A stretch of DNA of 64,000 nt, from positions 19,425-83,424 of the forward strand of contig JANWUW010000088.1 in the NCBI GenBank assembly GCA_025057935.1, read 5' to 3'. Shown piece after piece: positions 42,156 to 51,855 of this stretch. The notes under the pieces were generated by a model that saw only the letters and a program-made list of their open reading frames with translations, was not told the origin of the DNA and did no database searches. Source of the DNA: Thermoflexales bacterium. GTDB lineage: Bacteria; Chloroflexota; Anaerolineae; J036; Brachytrichaceae. Positions within the stretch are counted from its first letter, which is position 1. Every line of letters starts with the position of its first letter. The translations under genes were made by a program, and so were the position numbers.

Positions 42156-45134
42156 TTAGCGCGTCGAGGCGGGATCGCGCTCAGTGTCGCCAAGGAGGGC
42201 GTGCGCGACCACTTCGATAGGATGCAGCGCCGCACGCGCTGTGAAGTGCGCAATTTGCTCGCGGCATGAGGTGCCCGGGGCAACGATGAGCGTTTCAGGC
42301 GGCGCAGCGCGTATCGCTGGCAGTAAGCCGAGCTCGCCGATGCGCTCCGAGAGCGCGTAGTGCTCGGCTTCGTAGCCAAATGCGCCTGCCATGCCGCAAC
42401 ACGTCGTGTCGATCTCTTGCACCGACATGCCAGCTTGTTCCAGCAGTCTTCGCGTGCCCTGTGTGCCCCACAGCGCTTTCTGGTGGCAATGACCGTGCAG
42501 CAGGACTGTCCGCCGGGAGCGTCGCATGTGGTGCGGGAAGTTCAAAGCCTGCCCCGCGAGCCAATCTTCTACGCCGTAGGTCGCGCGCGCCACAAGCTTT
42601 GCGTCTTCGCTTGGCAGCAGGTCTGGGTAATCTTCGCGCAGCGCGCTCACGCAGCTCGGCTCCAAACCAAGAATCGGCACGCCCTGCTTCGCAAGCAGCG
42701 CAAGCTGCGCCACGTTAAAGCGCACATCGGCAAGCGCCGCTTCAGGTTGCCCTTGAGAGATCAGCGGGCGACCGCAGCAGCGCCATGGCGGCACGATCAC
42801 TGCATAGCCGGCTTGCGTCAGCACGCGCACCGCAGCGATTGCCACGTGTGGATGCTGGTAGCGCGCGAAGGTATCCACAAACAACGCCACGCGCCCGCGC
42901 GGCGCAACAGGCTGCAGAGCGCGTCCCTCGCTGCGCCACCAGCGGTCAAATGTGTGGGGCGTGAAGCGCGGCAGCGTCCGTTGTGGCGCAATCCGCAGCG
43001 CGCGCTTGGCGAGCGGCTGGCTGATCAACCAATTGGTCAGTGGCGCAAGCGTCGCGGCGAAGGGGGCAAAGCGTCCAATGCGCCCAAGCACCCACGCGCG
43101 CAGCGGCACGCCATGCTCCGCGTAGTAACGCGCGAAGAAGGCGCTCTTCAGCTTGCTCATGTCCACGCCAGCCACGCACTCCGTGGCACAAGCTTTGCAG
43201 GACAAGCACAGATCGAGTGCCGCTTTCACCGCCTCTGATGAGAGCGCAGACTGGTCGGGCGGAAGCTGGCGCGCGCGCAGAAAGGCGCGCAGCAGGTTGG
43301 CGCGCCCGCGTGTGCTGTGCATCTCCTCGCGCGTGGCGCGGAACGAAGGGCACATCACGCCCCCTTCAAGTTTGCGGCAGATGCCGTTGCCGTTGCACTG
43401 CTCCACGAGCCCAGCAAACGAACCGTCTTGTCCGAAGTGGAACACAGAAGGAAACGCGCGCAAAGTGTCGCCAGGACCGAGGCGCAGATGGTCTTCCATC
43501 GGCACGGCGCGCACCTTCTTGCCGGGGTTGAGCAAGCCGTTTGGGTCAAAGAGGTCTTTCAACGCGCAGAAAGCAGCGTAGACGCGCGAGCCGAACAGCG
43601 CTTCGTTCATGTGCGAGCGCTCGTAGCCGTCGCCGTGCTCGCCGCTCATCGCGCCGCCGAGGGCACGGCATAGCGCCAATGCCTCTGCAGCAATGCCGCG
43701 CATCTGCGCCAAGCCTTGCTCGGTGCGCAAGTTGACCAATGGGCGCACGTGCAGCACGCCGGCGCTGGCATGCGCGTAATACGTGCCCTGTGTACCGTGT
43801 CGCTCGAAGATCGCATCAAGCTGCTCAACGTACTCAGCCAGCCGCTCAACTGGAACAGCCACATCCTCCACAATGCTGATCGGCTTTGCTGGGCTGCGGA
43901 TGCTGGTGAGCACGTTCAGCCCCATGCGGCGCACAAACCACACGTCCGCTTGCGCCTGAGCCTCGAAGAGCGGGCGCAGCGTGCATGGCAGGCGCTCGCG
44001 CTCGACCAAGCGCTGCAGGCGCTCCACCTTCGCGTGCAGCTCAGCTTCCTCATCAGCCGCGAACTCGATCACCAGCAGCCCCTCGGGAATGCCGCTGCCC
44101 TCGAGCCAGCCAAGTCGGTTGCGACACTCGGGCAGCTCTCGCGCGCTGCGGATGAACGCGCCGCCGATCAGCTCAATGGCGTCAGGCTCGACGGTGAGGA
44201 GAGCAGGCACGGCGCGCATGGCATCGAGCAGCGCCTCGAAGCGTGTCACGACCAGCGCCGTGTGTCGAGGCTTGGGGACGAGGTGAAGCGTCGCCTCAGT
44301 GATCACGCCAAGCGTGCCCTCTGCGCCGGCGAACAAAGGCGTGAGGTGAAACTGCGCGATCTGGCGCAGATGCATCTCGAGGTTGCTCCCGCGGCGCTGC
44401 GCGTTGGCGAAGGTCAAGCAGCGCGTCTGCTCGTTGGGGTCGTAGGTGAGCATCTCGAGGATGAAGTCGAGGTTGTAGCCGCTGGCGCGTCGCCACACGC
44501 GTGGAAAGTCCTGGCGGATGGCGTCAGCGTAGCTCTGCACAAGCGCCTGCACAGCGCGCTCGAGCGCTTGCACGCGCGGATGCGCGGCGCCGGGCGCGAT
44601 CTCCACCGCGTTCCCATCAGCAAGCACCACGCGCAAGGCGCGCACATTGTCCGCAGCCATGCCGTAGCGGATGGAGTGGGCGCCCGTAGCGTTAGCGCCG
44701 ATCACGCCACCGATCGAAGCGCGCTCTGCGCTGGCGGGGTCTGGACCGAACTGCAAGCCATGCGCCGCCAAGCGCCGATTGAGCTGGCTCAGGATAATGC
44801 CCGGCTGCACTCGCACCCAGCGGCTGCCTGTATCGAGATCGAGCAAGGCGTCCATGTAGCGCGTGAAGTCCAGGACCACGCCTGGGCCGAGCGCAGCACC
44901 GCACAAGCCGCTGCCGCCGCCCCGCGCAGTGATGGGCACGCCGTGCTCGGCGCAAATCGCCACTGCTGCAACGACATCCTCCTCCGTTTTCGGCAGCACC
45001 ACGCCAAGCGGCAACATTTGGTAGTTGCTCGCGTCGGTGCTGTGAAGCAGCCGCGAAGGCAGGTCGAAGCGCACATCGCCAGCGATGTGTTGGCGAAGCT
45101 TATGCTCCAACGCTTGGGGGTCTGCTGACGCCAT
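42156..45134 (-). CDS. FAD-linked oxidase (GlcD-like) fused to Fe-S/CCG (GlcF-like) domains
   Basis: Trimmed to MASADPQALEHKLRQ (ATG 45134). FAD-binding PCMH domain (ARGGGSGLCG), 4Fe-4S motifs (CNGNGICRK, CLSCKACATEC), C-terminal CCG repeats. Confidence 0.85.
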   Translation of the reverse strand: MASADPQALEHKLRQHIAGDVRFDLPSRLLHSTDASNYQMLPLGVVLPKTEEDVVAAVAICAEHGVPITARGGGSGLCGAALGPGVVLDFTRYMDALLDLDTGSRWVRVQPGIILSQLNRRLAAHGLQFGPDPASAERASIGGVIGANATGAHSIRYGMAADNVRALRVVLADGNAVEIAPGAAHPRVQALERAVQALVQSYADAIRQDFPRVWRRASGYNLDFILEMLTYDPNEQTRCLTFANAQRRGSNLEMHLRQIAQFHLTPLFAGAEGTLGVITEATLHLVPKPRHTALVVTRFEALLDAMRAVPALLTVEPDAIELIGGAFIRSARELPECRNRLGWLEGSGIPEGLLVIEFAADEEAELHAKVERLQRLVERERLPCTLRPLFEAQAQADVWFVRRMGLNVLTSIRSPAKPISIVEDVAVPVERLAEYVEQLDAIFERHGTQGTYYAHASAGVLHVRPLVNLRTEQGLAQMRGIAAEALALCRALGGAMSGEHGDGYERSHMNEALFGSRVYAAFCALKDLFDPNGLLNPGKKVRAVPMEDHLRLGPGDTLRAFPSVFHFGQDGSFAGLVEQCNGNGICRKLEGGVMCPSFRATREEMHSTRGRANLLRAFLRARQLPPDQSALSSEAVKAALDLCLSCKACATECVAGVDMSKLKSAFFARYYAEHGVPLRAWVLGRIGRFAPFAATLAPLTNWLISQPLAKRALRIAPQRTLPRFTPHTFDRWWRSEGRALQPVAPRGRVALFVDTFARYQHPHVAIAAVRVLTQAGYAVIVPPWRCCGRPLISQGQPEAALADVRFNVAQLALLAKQGVPILGLEPSCVSALREDYPDLLPSEDAKLVARATYGVEDWLAGQALNFPHHMRRSRRTVLLHGHCHQKALWGTQGTRRLLEQAGMSVQEIDTTCCGMAGAFGYEAEHYALSERIGELGLLPAIRAAPPETLIVAPGTSCREQIAHFTARAALHPIEVVAHALLGDTERDPASTR

Positions 45135-45205
45135 CCTTAACTGCTCAATGCTACACTGCGAAGCCGACGCGCGATCCAAGACGCGCGGACGAAGGAGGAA
45201 CGACC

Positions 45206-46228
45206 ATGAGCAATCAGAACGGTTCGCGTTCTGCTGCGTGGGCGCTTGCTGGCGTGTTAGTGGGTTTTGCGTTGCCGGTGTGCCTGTGCGCTTGTGTGGC
45301 TGTCGCGCCATTTGCCTTGCTCAGTGCCTCTCTGCCGGCAGCTACTGCTGCCGCCACACCGTTTGGCACCGCGGCGACAAGCGTGGAACGCGTGCAGATC
45401 TCGGGACCCGCTTCAGGTCCGGCTGTGGCAGTGGTCTCGATCAACGGTCCAATTGTGAGCGGCAGCAGCAACCAGTTCGACTTCACGGGCATCCCAGTTG
45501 CGGCATCGCGCGATGTCATTCGGGTGCTCGAAGAGGTCGCCAAGGACGGAGACGTAAGGGCGCTGGTGCTGTTTGTGGATTCTCCGGGCGGCAGCGTGGT
45601 CGGCAGCGATGAGATCTACCACGCGCTTAAGACCAAAGTGCGCGTGCCGATTGTGGTGTATATGGGCAACACCGCGGCTTCAGGCGGCTACTACGTGAGC
45701 ATGGCAGGGCAGCACATCATCGCGCACCCCAACACCCTCACTGGCAGCATCGGCGTGATCAGCGAGTTCACCAACATCGAAGGGCTTTACGAAAAGCTTG
45801 GCTTGAAGAGCGTGGTGCTGAAATCTGGGGAGTTCAAAGATTTCGGCAACCCAACCTCGCCTTTCACTGAAGAGGATCGCAAGCTTTGGCAAGCAGTGCT
45901 TGACGAGATCTATGAACAATTTGTGCGCATCGTCGCAGAGGGGCGCCGATTGAGCGTTGAGCGGGTAAAAACGCTGGCTGATGGGCGACCTTACACTGGC
46001 AAACAAGCCCTCGAAGCGGGGCTGGTGGATCAACTAGGGTACTTTGAGGACGCCGTAGATAAGGCGGCTGAGCTAGGCGGGATCACGGGTGAGCCGCGCG
46101 TGGTGGAGTATCGCAAGCGCACGCCGCTCTCATCATTGTTGGGCATCCGCCTACTACGCAGCGTGTTGCTCGCGCTGGGCGTGCCCGAATCCGCGATGAT
46201 TCAGCCACGGGGGTTGCAGTATCGCTGA
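45206..46228 (+). CDS. sppA: signal peptide peptidase SppA (36K type)
   Basis: N-terminal TM, VLFVDSPGGSV, GNTAASGGYYVSMAG, TGSIGV. Confidence 0.85.
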   Translation: MSNQNGSRSAAWALAGVLVGFALPVCLCACVAVAPFALLSASLPAATAAATPFGTAATSVERVQISGPASGPAVAVVSINGPIVSGSSNQFDFTGIPVAASRDVIRVLEEVAKDGDVRALVLFVDSPGGSVVGSDEIYHALKTKVRVPIVVYMGNTAASGGYYVSMAGQHIIAHPNTLTGSIGVISEFTNIEGLYEKLGLKSVVLKSGEFKDFGNPTSPFTEEDRKLWQAVLDEIYEQFVRIVAEGRRLSVERVKTLADGRPYTGKQALEAGLVDQLGYFEDAVDKAAELGGITGEPRVVEYRKRTPLSSLLGIRLLRSVLLALGVPESAMIQPRGLQYR

Positions 46229-46263
46229 CACAGCTTCGCTAGAATCCCGACCCCGACAGCAAG

Positions 46264-46680
46264 ATGGAAGGCGCGTCCACGAGCGCGAAGACGGTTGGCG
46301 CGGTCATGCATCGCGGGGTTTACACCTGCCCCGCGCATCTGCGCTTGCCCGAAGCTGCGCGCCTGATGACGGAGCGCAAGGTGCGCGCCTTGGTCGTGAC
46401 GGACGAGGCGTGTGGGTTGGTGGGGCTGGTGTCGCAAAGCGACTTGGTGAATGCAGCTGTGCAGCACGGCATGGGCAATGCGTGGCGCAGCCTCACGGTC
46501 GCCGACGTGATGACGCGCGCTGTGATCACCATCACTGCCGATGCGCCCATCACCGAAGCCGCGCGCATCATGGTTGCCCACCGCATTCACCGCCTTGTGG
46601 TTGTCGCAGATCACGATCCGTGCCAACCCATCGGCGTGCTCTCCATGGGCGATCTTGTGCGCTTCATGATGCAGGAGTAA
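46264..46680 (+). CDS. CBS domain pair protein
   Basis: Two CBS repeats (VGAVMHRGVYTC...LVVTDEACGLVGLVSQSDL; VADVMTRAVITI...HRLVVV). Confidence 0.8.
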   Translation: MEGASTSAKTVGAVMHRGVYTCPAHLRLPEAARLMTERKVRALVVTDEACGLVGLVSQSDLVNAAVQHGMGNAWRSLTVADVMTRAVITITADAPITEAARIMVAHRIHRLVVVADHDPCQPIGVLSMGDLVRFMMQE

Positions 46681-46683
46681 GCG

Positions 46684-47976
46684 ATGGAGAAGTTCATCAT
46701 CGAAGGCGGGGCGCGGTTGAGCGGCGAAGTAGTCGCCTCGGGCAACAAGAACGCAGCGCTGCCGCTGCTTGCTAGTTGTCTGCTCACTGACGAGCCGCTC
46801 ATCCTGCACAACGTGCCGCGCATTCGTGACGTGCACACCATGATCCGCTTGCTGGAGACGCTCGGCGTCTCAGTCACATGGCTCGACACCAACAGCGTGC
46901 GCCTACACGCGAAGGACGTGCGCGCGCAGCAGCTCGATCCGCAATTGTGCCGCGAGATCCGCGCCAGCATTCTGCTTGCGGGTCCGATGCTGGCGCGGCA
47001 AGGCGCCATCGAGCTGCCGCCCCCTGGCGGCGATGTGATTGGGCGGCGGCGTCTCGACACGCACTTCCTCGCCCTCGGTGCGCTCGGCGCCACAATCAAC
47101 GCCAATGGACACTTTTGGCTGCAAGCGCAGCGCCTTGTCGGTCAGGACATCATGCTGGACGAGGCGAGCGTCACCGCGACTGAAAACGCAGTGATGGCGG
47201 CGGTGCTCGCTGAGGGCACCACCATCCTGCGTAACGCCGCCAGCGAGCCGCATGTTCAGGACCTGTGCCACTGCCTCAATCGCATGGGCGCGCGCATCGA
47301 GAACATCGGCTCGAACACGTTGGTGATCCATGGCGTCAAGCGCTTACACGGCGCGGAGTACACCATTGGCGCGGACAACATCGAGGTCACCAGCTTCATC
47401 GTGATCGGCGCGCTGTGCGGCGGTGAAGGCGGTTTGTGGATTCGCCGTGCCGACCCCCAGCACTTAATCATGACGCGCATCATGCTCGGACGGCTGGGCA
47501 TCCGCTTCGAGACGCACGGCAATGATGTGTTCGTGCCCGGGCATCAGCGCTTGGTGGTGACTCCCGAGTTCGACGGCGCCATCCCAAAAATTGACGACAT
47601 GCCCTGGCCGGGCTTTCCCGCCGATGCAATGAGCCTGGCGGTGGTCGCGGCGACGCAGGCAGAAGGGAGCGTGCTGATCCACGAGAAGATGTTCGAGAGC
47701 CGCCTTTACTTCGTGGACAAGCTGATCAGCATGGGCGCGCGCATTGTGCTCTGCGACCCCCATCGCTGCGTAGTTCAGGGTCCAAGCAAGCTGCGCGGCG
47801 AGGAGGTGCAAAGCCCCGACATCCGCGCTGGCGTCGCGCTGGTGATCGCCGCGCTGTGCGCCGAAGGCACGAGCGTGATCGCCAACGTGCAGCAGATCGA
47901 CCGCGGCTACGAGCGCTTCGACGAGAAGCTCCGCGCGCTTGGCGCCAAGATCAGGCGCGTGCGCGTGGAGGGGTGA
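46684..47976 (+). CDS. murA: UDP-N-acetylglucosamine 1-carboxyvinyltransferase, Asp-type active site
   Basis: [29 protein letters not shown]. The active-site loop reads [13 protein letters not shown], with Asp117 (47032-47034) where E. coli has Cys115. Confidence 0.95.
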   Translation: MEKFIIEGGARLSGEVVASGNKNAALPLLASCLLTDEPLILHNVPRIRDVHTMIRLLETLGVSVTWLDTNSVRLHAKDVRAQQLDPQLCREIRASILLAGPMLARQGAIELPPPGGDVIGRRRLDTHFLALGALGATINANGHFWLQAQRLVGQDIMLDEASVTATENAVMAAVLAEGTTILRNAASEPHVQDLCHCLNRMGARIENIGSNTLVIHGVKRLHGAEYTIGADNIEVTSFIVIGALCGGEGGLWIRRADPQHLIMTRIMLGRLGIRFETHGNDVFVPGHQRLVVTPEFDGAIPKIDDMPWPGFPADAMSLAVVAATQAEGSVLIHEKMFESRLYFVDKLISMGARIVLCDPHRCVVQGPSKLRGEEVQSPDIRAGVALVIAALCAEGTSVIANVQQIDRGYERFDEKLRALGAKIRRVRVEG

Positions 47977-47981
47977 AACAG

Positions 47982-48007
47982 CCTCGCAGATGCCAGCATC
48001 TGCGAGG
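47982..48007. terminator. hairpin between convergent murA and photolyase genes
   Basis: CCTCGCAGATG-ccag-CATCTGCGAGG (11-bp perfect stem), nested in an outer pair GAAACAGC/GCTGTTTC. Confidence 0.6.
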
Positions 48008-48025
48008 CAGCGCTGCGACGCTGTT

Positions 48026-49513
48026 TCATCCAGCCCCTTGGCAGCGCTTGAAGCGGCGCAGGATTTCCTCCTTCTGGACGTTGTGGTCCACGATGGGCGC
48101 TGGGTAGTCCTTGCCGATCACGCATCCAACTTCGCGCTGCAACGAAGGCGGCATGCGGTGGGGAGCGTGGACGTACTCGTTAGGCACGCGCGCTAACTCG
48201 GGCACCCAGCGCCGAATGAAAGCACCGTCTGGGTCGAAGCGTTCGCTCTGCAAGGTGGGGTTAAAAATGCGAAAGTAAGGCTGCGCGTCCGTGCCCGTGC
48301 TCGCCGCCCATTGCCAACCGCCGTTGTTTGATGCAGGATCGCCGTCCACAAGCTTTTGCATGAAGTAGCGCTCGCCAAGGCGCCAGTCCAGCCACAGGTC
48401 TTTAACGAGGAACGAGGCGACGATCATGCGCGTGCGGTTGTGCATCCAGCCAGTTTGGTTGAGCTGACGCATGGCTGCGTCAACGATGGGGTAGCCGGTG
48501 CGTCCCTCGCACCAGGCGCGGAAGCGCATCTCGTCGAGCTCAGGATCGCCGCTGCCCCACGCCATGGCGTCGAAGGCGCGGTTGAAGTTAGCGCGGTCGG
48601 CGTGCGGGAAGTGATACAAGATGTAGATGTAGAACTCGCGCCAGATCAACTCGCTGATCCATGCATCAGCGCCTTCCTTCTTGGCGTCGCTGGCTGCTGG
48701 CGAGAAACTTCGAGGCGCAGGGAAAGGGTAGCTGAGCGTCGCCACTGCCTCGGCGTAGCACTGGCGCGGCGAGATCGTGCCGAAGCGCAGATGCGGTGAA
48801 AGGCGCGAAGTGCCCTCTATCGCTGGAAAATCGCGCTGCAGCGCGTAGGCGCGCATGGCGCCGCTCTGCTTAAAGTGCGTAAGCAAGCGCCAAGCTTCCG
48901 TTTCGCCGCCGCGTGGCAGCGACTGGTCAATGTTGAAGCCGAGCGCTGATGCAGTGGGCAGCGCGACTGTGTTCACTGCGAGCTGGGGCAATGGCGCAAG
49001 CTTGGGCTTCCCTTGCAGTTGCGGCGGTGCGGCAGCGATGCGATGCAGCCACGCTTTCTTGAACGGAGTGAACACGGTGTACGGTTGTCCGCTCGCCGAG
49101 AGCAGCTCATCTCCCTCGAAGATCACGAGATCCTTGAACGTGCGCACGCGCACGCCAGCTGCTTGCAGCTTCTGCTGCACGCGCTGGTCGCGCGCACGCG
49201 CCAACGGCGTGTAATCGCGATTGAAGTACACCGCATCGGCGCCGGCCGCTCGCGCCAGTTGCAGCAGCGCCTCGCTTGGTTCCCCGCGCATCAGGATCAG
49301 CCGCGACCCAAGCTGGCGCAAGCGCGCGTCCAGCTCAGCGAGGCTCTCGAGCATGAACTGCACGCGCGCTGGAGCTACGTCTTTGCCTCGCAGTAAGGCG
49401 TCGTCGAGCACGAAAACGGGCAATACTTCTCCCTCGGCATCGCGTGCTGCGGCGAGCAGAGCAGCATTGTCCTCGAGACGCAGGTCGCGCCGAAACCAGT
49501 GGATAATGCGCAC
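48026..49513 (-). CDS. phr: deoxyribodipyrimidine photolyase / cryptochrome family
   Basis: MRIIHWFRRDLRLEDNAAL. FAD-binding C-terminus GGWQWAASTGTDAQPYFRIFNP. Confidence 0.9.
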   Translation of the reverse strand: MRIIHWFRRDLRLEDNAALLAAARDAEGEVLPVFVLDDALLRGKDVAPARVQFMLESLAELDARLRQLGSRLILMRGEPSEALLQLARAAGADAVYFNRDYTPLARARDQRVQQKLQAAGVRVRTFKDLVIFEGDELLSASGQPYTVFTPFKKAWLHRIAAAPPQLQGKPKLAPLPQLAVNTVALPTASALGFNIDQSLPRGGETEAWRLLTHFKQSGAMRAYALQRDFPAIEGTSRLSPHLRFGTISPRQCYAEAVATLSYPFPAPRSFSPAASDAKKEGADAWISELIWREFYIYILYHFPHADRANFNRAFDAMAWGSGDPELDEMRFRAWCEGRTGYPIVDAAMRQLNQTGWMHNRTRMIVASFLVKDLWLDWRLGERYFMQKLVDGDPASNNGGWQWAASTGTDAQPYFRIFNPTLQSERFDPDGAFIRRWVPELARVPNEYVHAPHRMPPSLQREVGCVIGKDYPAPIVDHNVQKEEILRRFKRCQGAG

Positions 49514-49572
49514 AAGGCGCGAGAATACTGAGTGCCGCGTGTGCGGCTGAGCTGTGGCTGAACTCTGTGTGC

Positions 49573-50007
49573 TCAGCCCTGCTCAGTGCGGATGAGCACC
49601 ATCGCTAACGAGGCAGCGCCAGCCGCGATGAGCACAGCTAGCTGAGTGCTGAGCGCTGCTTCGGTAACCACTGTGACCACTGCTGAAGCCCACGCTGCGC
49701 CGACCGAGACAAGCTTGATCGGCACAGGCAACGCGCGCTGCTCGATGAAGCGCAGCGCGGCGCGGACGGGCTTCTGAAGCCAACGCCGCGTGATCACCCA
49801 ACGGTATAGGCGATCAGAGCTGCGGACGTAGCACAGCAGCGTGATCACAATGAACGGCGTTGTCGGCAAGCCCGGTAGCAGCGTCCCTAGGATGCCTAGG
49901 CTGAGCGCGATAGTACCCACTGCGATCAGCAGGGCGCGTTTCATCGCAGTGAGCGGACGATAGGCGTGTGTCTCAACAATGGGTGCCTTAGTGGTCGGGA
50001 GTGCCAT
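49573..50007 (-). CDS. YbaN/DUF454 family inner membrane protein
   Basis: LGILGTLLPGLPTTPFIVITLLCYVRSSDRLYRWV. Confidence 0.7.
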   Translation of the reverse strand: MALPTTKAPIVETHAYRPLTAMKRALLIAVGTIALSLGILGTLLPGLPTTPFIVITLLCYVRSSDRLYRWVITRRWLQKPVRAALRFIEQRALPVPIKLVSVGAAWASAVVTVVTEAALSTQLAVLIAAGAASLAMVLIRTEQG

Positions 50008-50057
50008 ATTCAGACCTCCATACGCGGACGCGACACGTTGGGGCTTAAACTAGTAAG

Positions 50058-50699
50058 GTGATGCGGAAGCGTGCTACATATGAGGGCGAGCGTTGGCTGA
50101 GCTTGCGCGAGGCTGCTGCTCGGCTGGGCGTGCATCCCGTGACGCTGCGCCGTTGGGCGGACAGCGGTCAGATCGCATGCATGCTGACAGCAGGCGGACA
50201 TCGGCGCTTTGCTGAGTCTGAGCTGGAGCGCTTCGCGCAAACGCACGCACTGCGCCAAAACCGCTCCGCTTTGCCCATGCTTTGGGCAGAGCAGGCGCTG
50301 AGCCACGCGCGCGGTCAACTCAGCGCTGTGCGCTCGGCGCATTGGCTGGCGACTCTGGACGAGGAGCGCCGAGAGCAACATCGCCGCATCGGTCAGAGGC
50401 TCGTAGGCTTGACGCTGCAGTACCTCTCTGCCGATGACGGCGAACACTTGCTCGAAGAGGCGCGCCAGATCGGGCGTGAGTATGCCGAGGCGAGTCTTGC
50501 GGCTGGGTTGCCGCTCTCCGAGGCGCTGGAGGCAGCGATCTATTTCCGCGACCGCATGTTGGAAGCCTCGCTGATGCTGATCGAGCGCGTGCCTGTGCGC
50601 GCGAGCGACAACGCGCGTCTGGTGCTGCGCCTGAACGTGCTGCTCAACGCGGTGCAGATGGGCGTTGTCGCGCGTTACCAAGAAGCAGGTCATGCCTAG
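50058..50699 (+). CDS. excisionase/MerR-type HTH DNA-binding protein with unrecognised C-terminal domain
   Basis: WLSLREAAARLGVHPVTLRRWADSGQIACMLTAGGHRRF, then a ~150-aa helical domain with no cofactor motif seen. Confidence 0.6.
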   Translation: MMRKRATYEGERWLSLREAAARLGVHPVTLRRWADSGQIACMLTAGGHRRFAESELERFAQTHALRQNRSALPMLWAEQALSHARGQLSAVRSAHWLATLDEERREQHRRIGQRLVGLTLQYLSADDGEHLLEEARQIGREYAEASLAAGLPLSEALEAAIYFRDRMLEASLMLIERVPVRASDNARLVLRLNVLLNAVQMGVVARYQEAGHA

Positions 50700-51769
50700 G
50701 CGAGAGCAGGTGCTGGGTTGGGAATCGTGCGGCACAGAGGATTCGTGCAGCCCGTGCAGCGCTGCTTGTAGCGCGCAGAAGCAACGCGCCCTTGCTGCAC
50801 GTGCTCTGCCACGATCTCCGCAAGCGCTCTTACAAAGCGCGGACGATCGTTTAGCGCAGGCGCGCGTCGAAACTCGGTGATGCCCACTGTGTGAGCCAGC
50901 TCTGCATACTCGCGATCGATCTCAAACAGAGTCTCGATGTGGTCGCTGACGAAAGCGATGGGCACAACGAGCACACGCCGCTTGCCTTGTGCGGCGAGCT
51001 CACGGATTACATCCTCGGTCGCAGGTCCAAGCCACTTCACTGGTCCGACGGCGGATTGATATGCCAAGACGTGGGGGTTGGGCACACCCAGCTTGTGCAT
51101 CACTGCGCGGACGCTCGCCTCAATCTCGCCGGGATAGCTATCACCACGGCGCACAACGCGCATGGGCAGTGAGTGTGCGCTGAACAACAGCACTACTTCG
51201 TCGCGATGCTCAGGCGCAAACTGCAGCAGTCCTTCGCGCACTGTCTCCGCCATCGCCTCGATGAAGGCAGAGTGGTCATACCAGCGATCGATCACGCTCC
51301 ATCGAAAGGCACGTGAGAGCCCAAGGGCGCTGAGCGCGCGCCACAGCTCGTTGAGGCTTGAGCCAGTGGTGGTGCAGGAGTACTGCGGGTACATCGTGAG
51401 CGCGATCGCATCTTGCACGCCGTCGGCATGCATGGCGCGCAATGCATCAGCGCTGAAAGGCGGCGCATAGCGGAAAGCAATGTAGAAGCGATGTGGCGCT
51501 GTTTGCGGCGAGAGCTGATCGAGCCACTGCATCATCCCTTCGCCTTGGCGTTGCGTCCAATGCAGTAACGGCGAGCCGCCGATGGCGGCGTAGTTGCGAC
51601 GCACGCGCGGCGTGCGCAAACGCGCAATCAATTTGCCGAGCAGCGACTGAAACGGGAGCGGAATGATCTCGGGGTCAGCGAACAATCGCTCGAGAAACCC
51701 TTGCACGTCGTCAGGTGTGGCGGGTCCACCGAGGTTGAGCAGCACGATGCCTGTGCGAACGTTGCCCAT
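50696..51769 (-). CDS. hemH: ferrochelatase with C-terminal Cys cluster
   Basis: GIVLLNLGGP, SAHSLP, and a C-terminal CTGCTNPLC suggestive of a 2Fe-2S type. Confidence 0.9.
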   Translation of the reverse strand: MGNVRTGIVLLNLGGPATPDDVQGFLERLFADPEIIPLPFQSLLGKLIARLRTPRVRRNYAAIGGSPLLHWTQRQGEGMMQWLDQLSPQTAPHRFYIAFRYAPPFSADALRAMHADGVQDAIALTMYPQYSCTTTGSSLNELWRALSALGLSRAFRWSVIDRWYDHSAFIEAMAETVREGLLQFAPEHRDEVVLLFSAHSLPMRVVRRGDSYPGEIEASVRAVMHKLGVPNPHVLAYQSAVGPVKWLGPATEDVIRELAAQGKRRVLVVPIAFVSDHIETLFEIDREYAELAHTVGITEFRRAPALNDRPRFVRALAEIVAEHVQQGRVASARYKQRCTGCTNPLCRTIPNPAPALA

Positions 51770-51855
51770 GGCTAGTAACTCGGGGCAACATTCTATATTG
51801 AGTTGAGCTAGGCTTTAGTTACTTTTGTAACGTTTTGCTTAGTATTTCTTGCACA

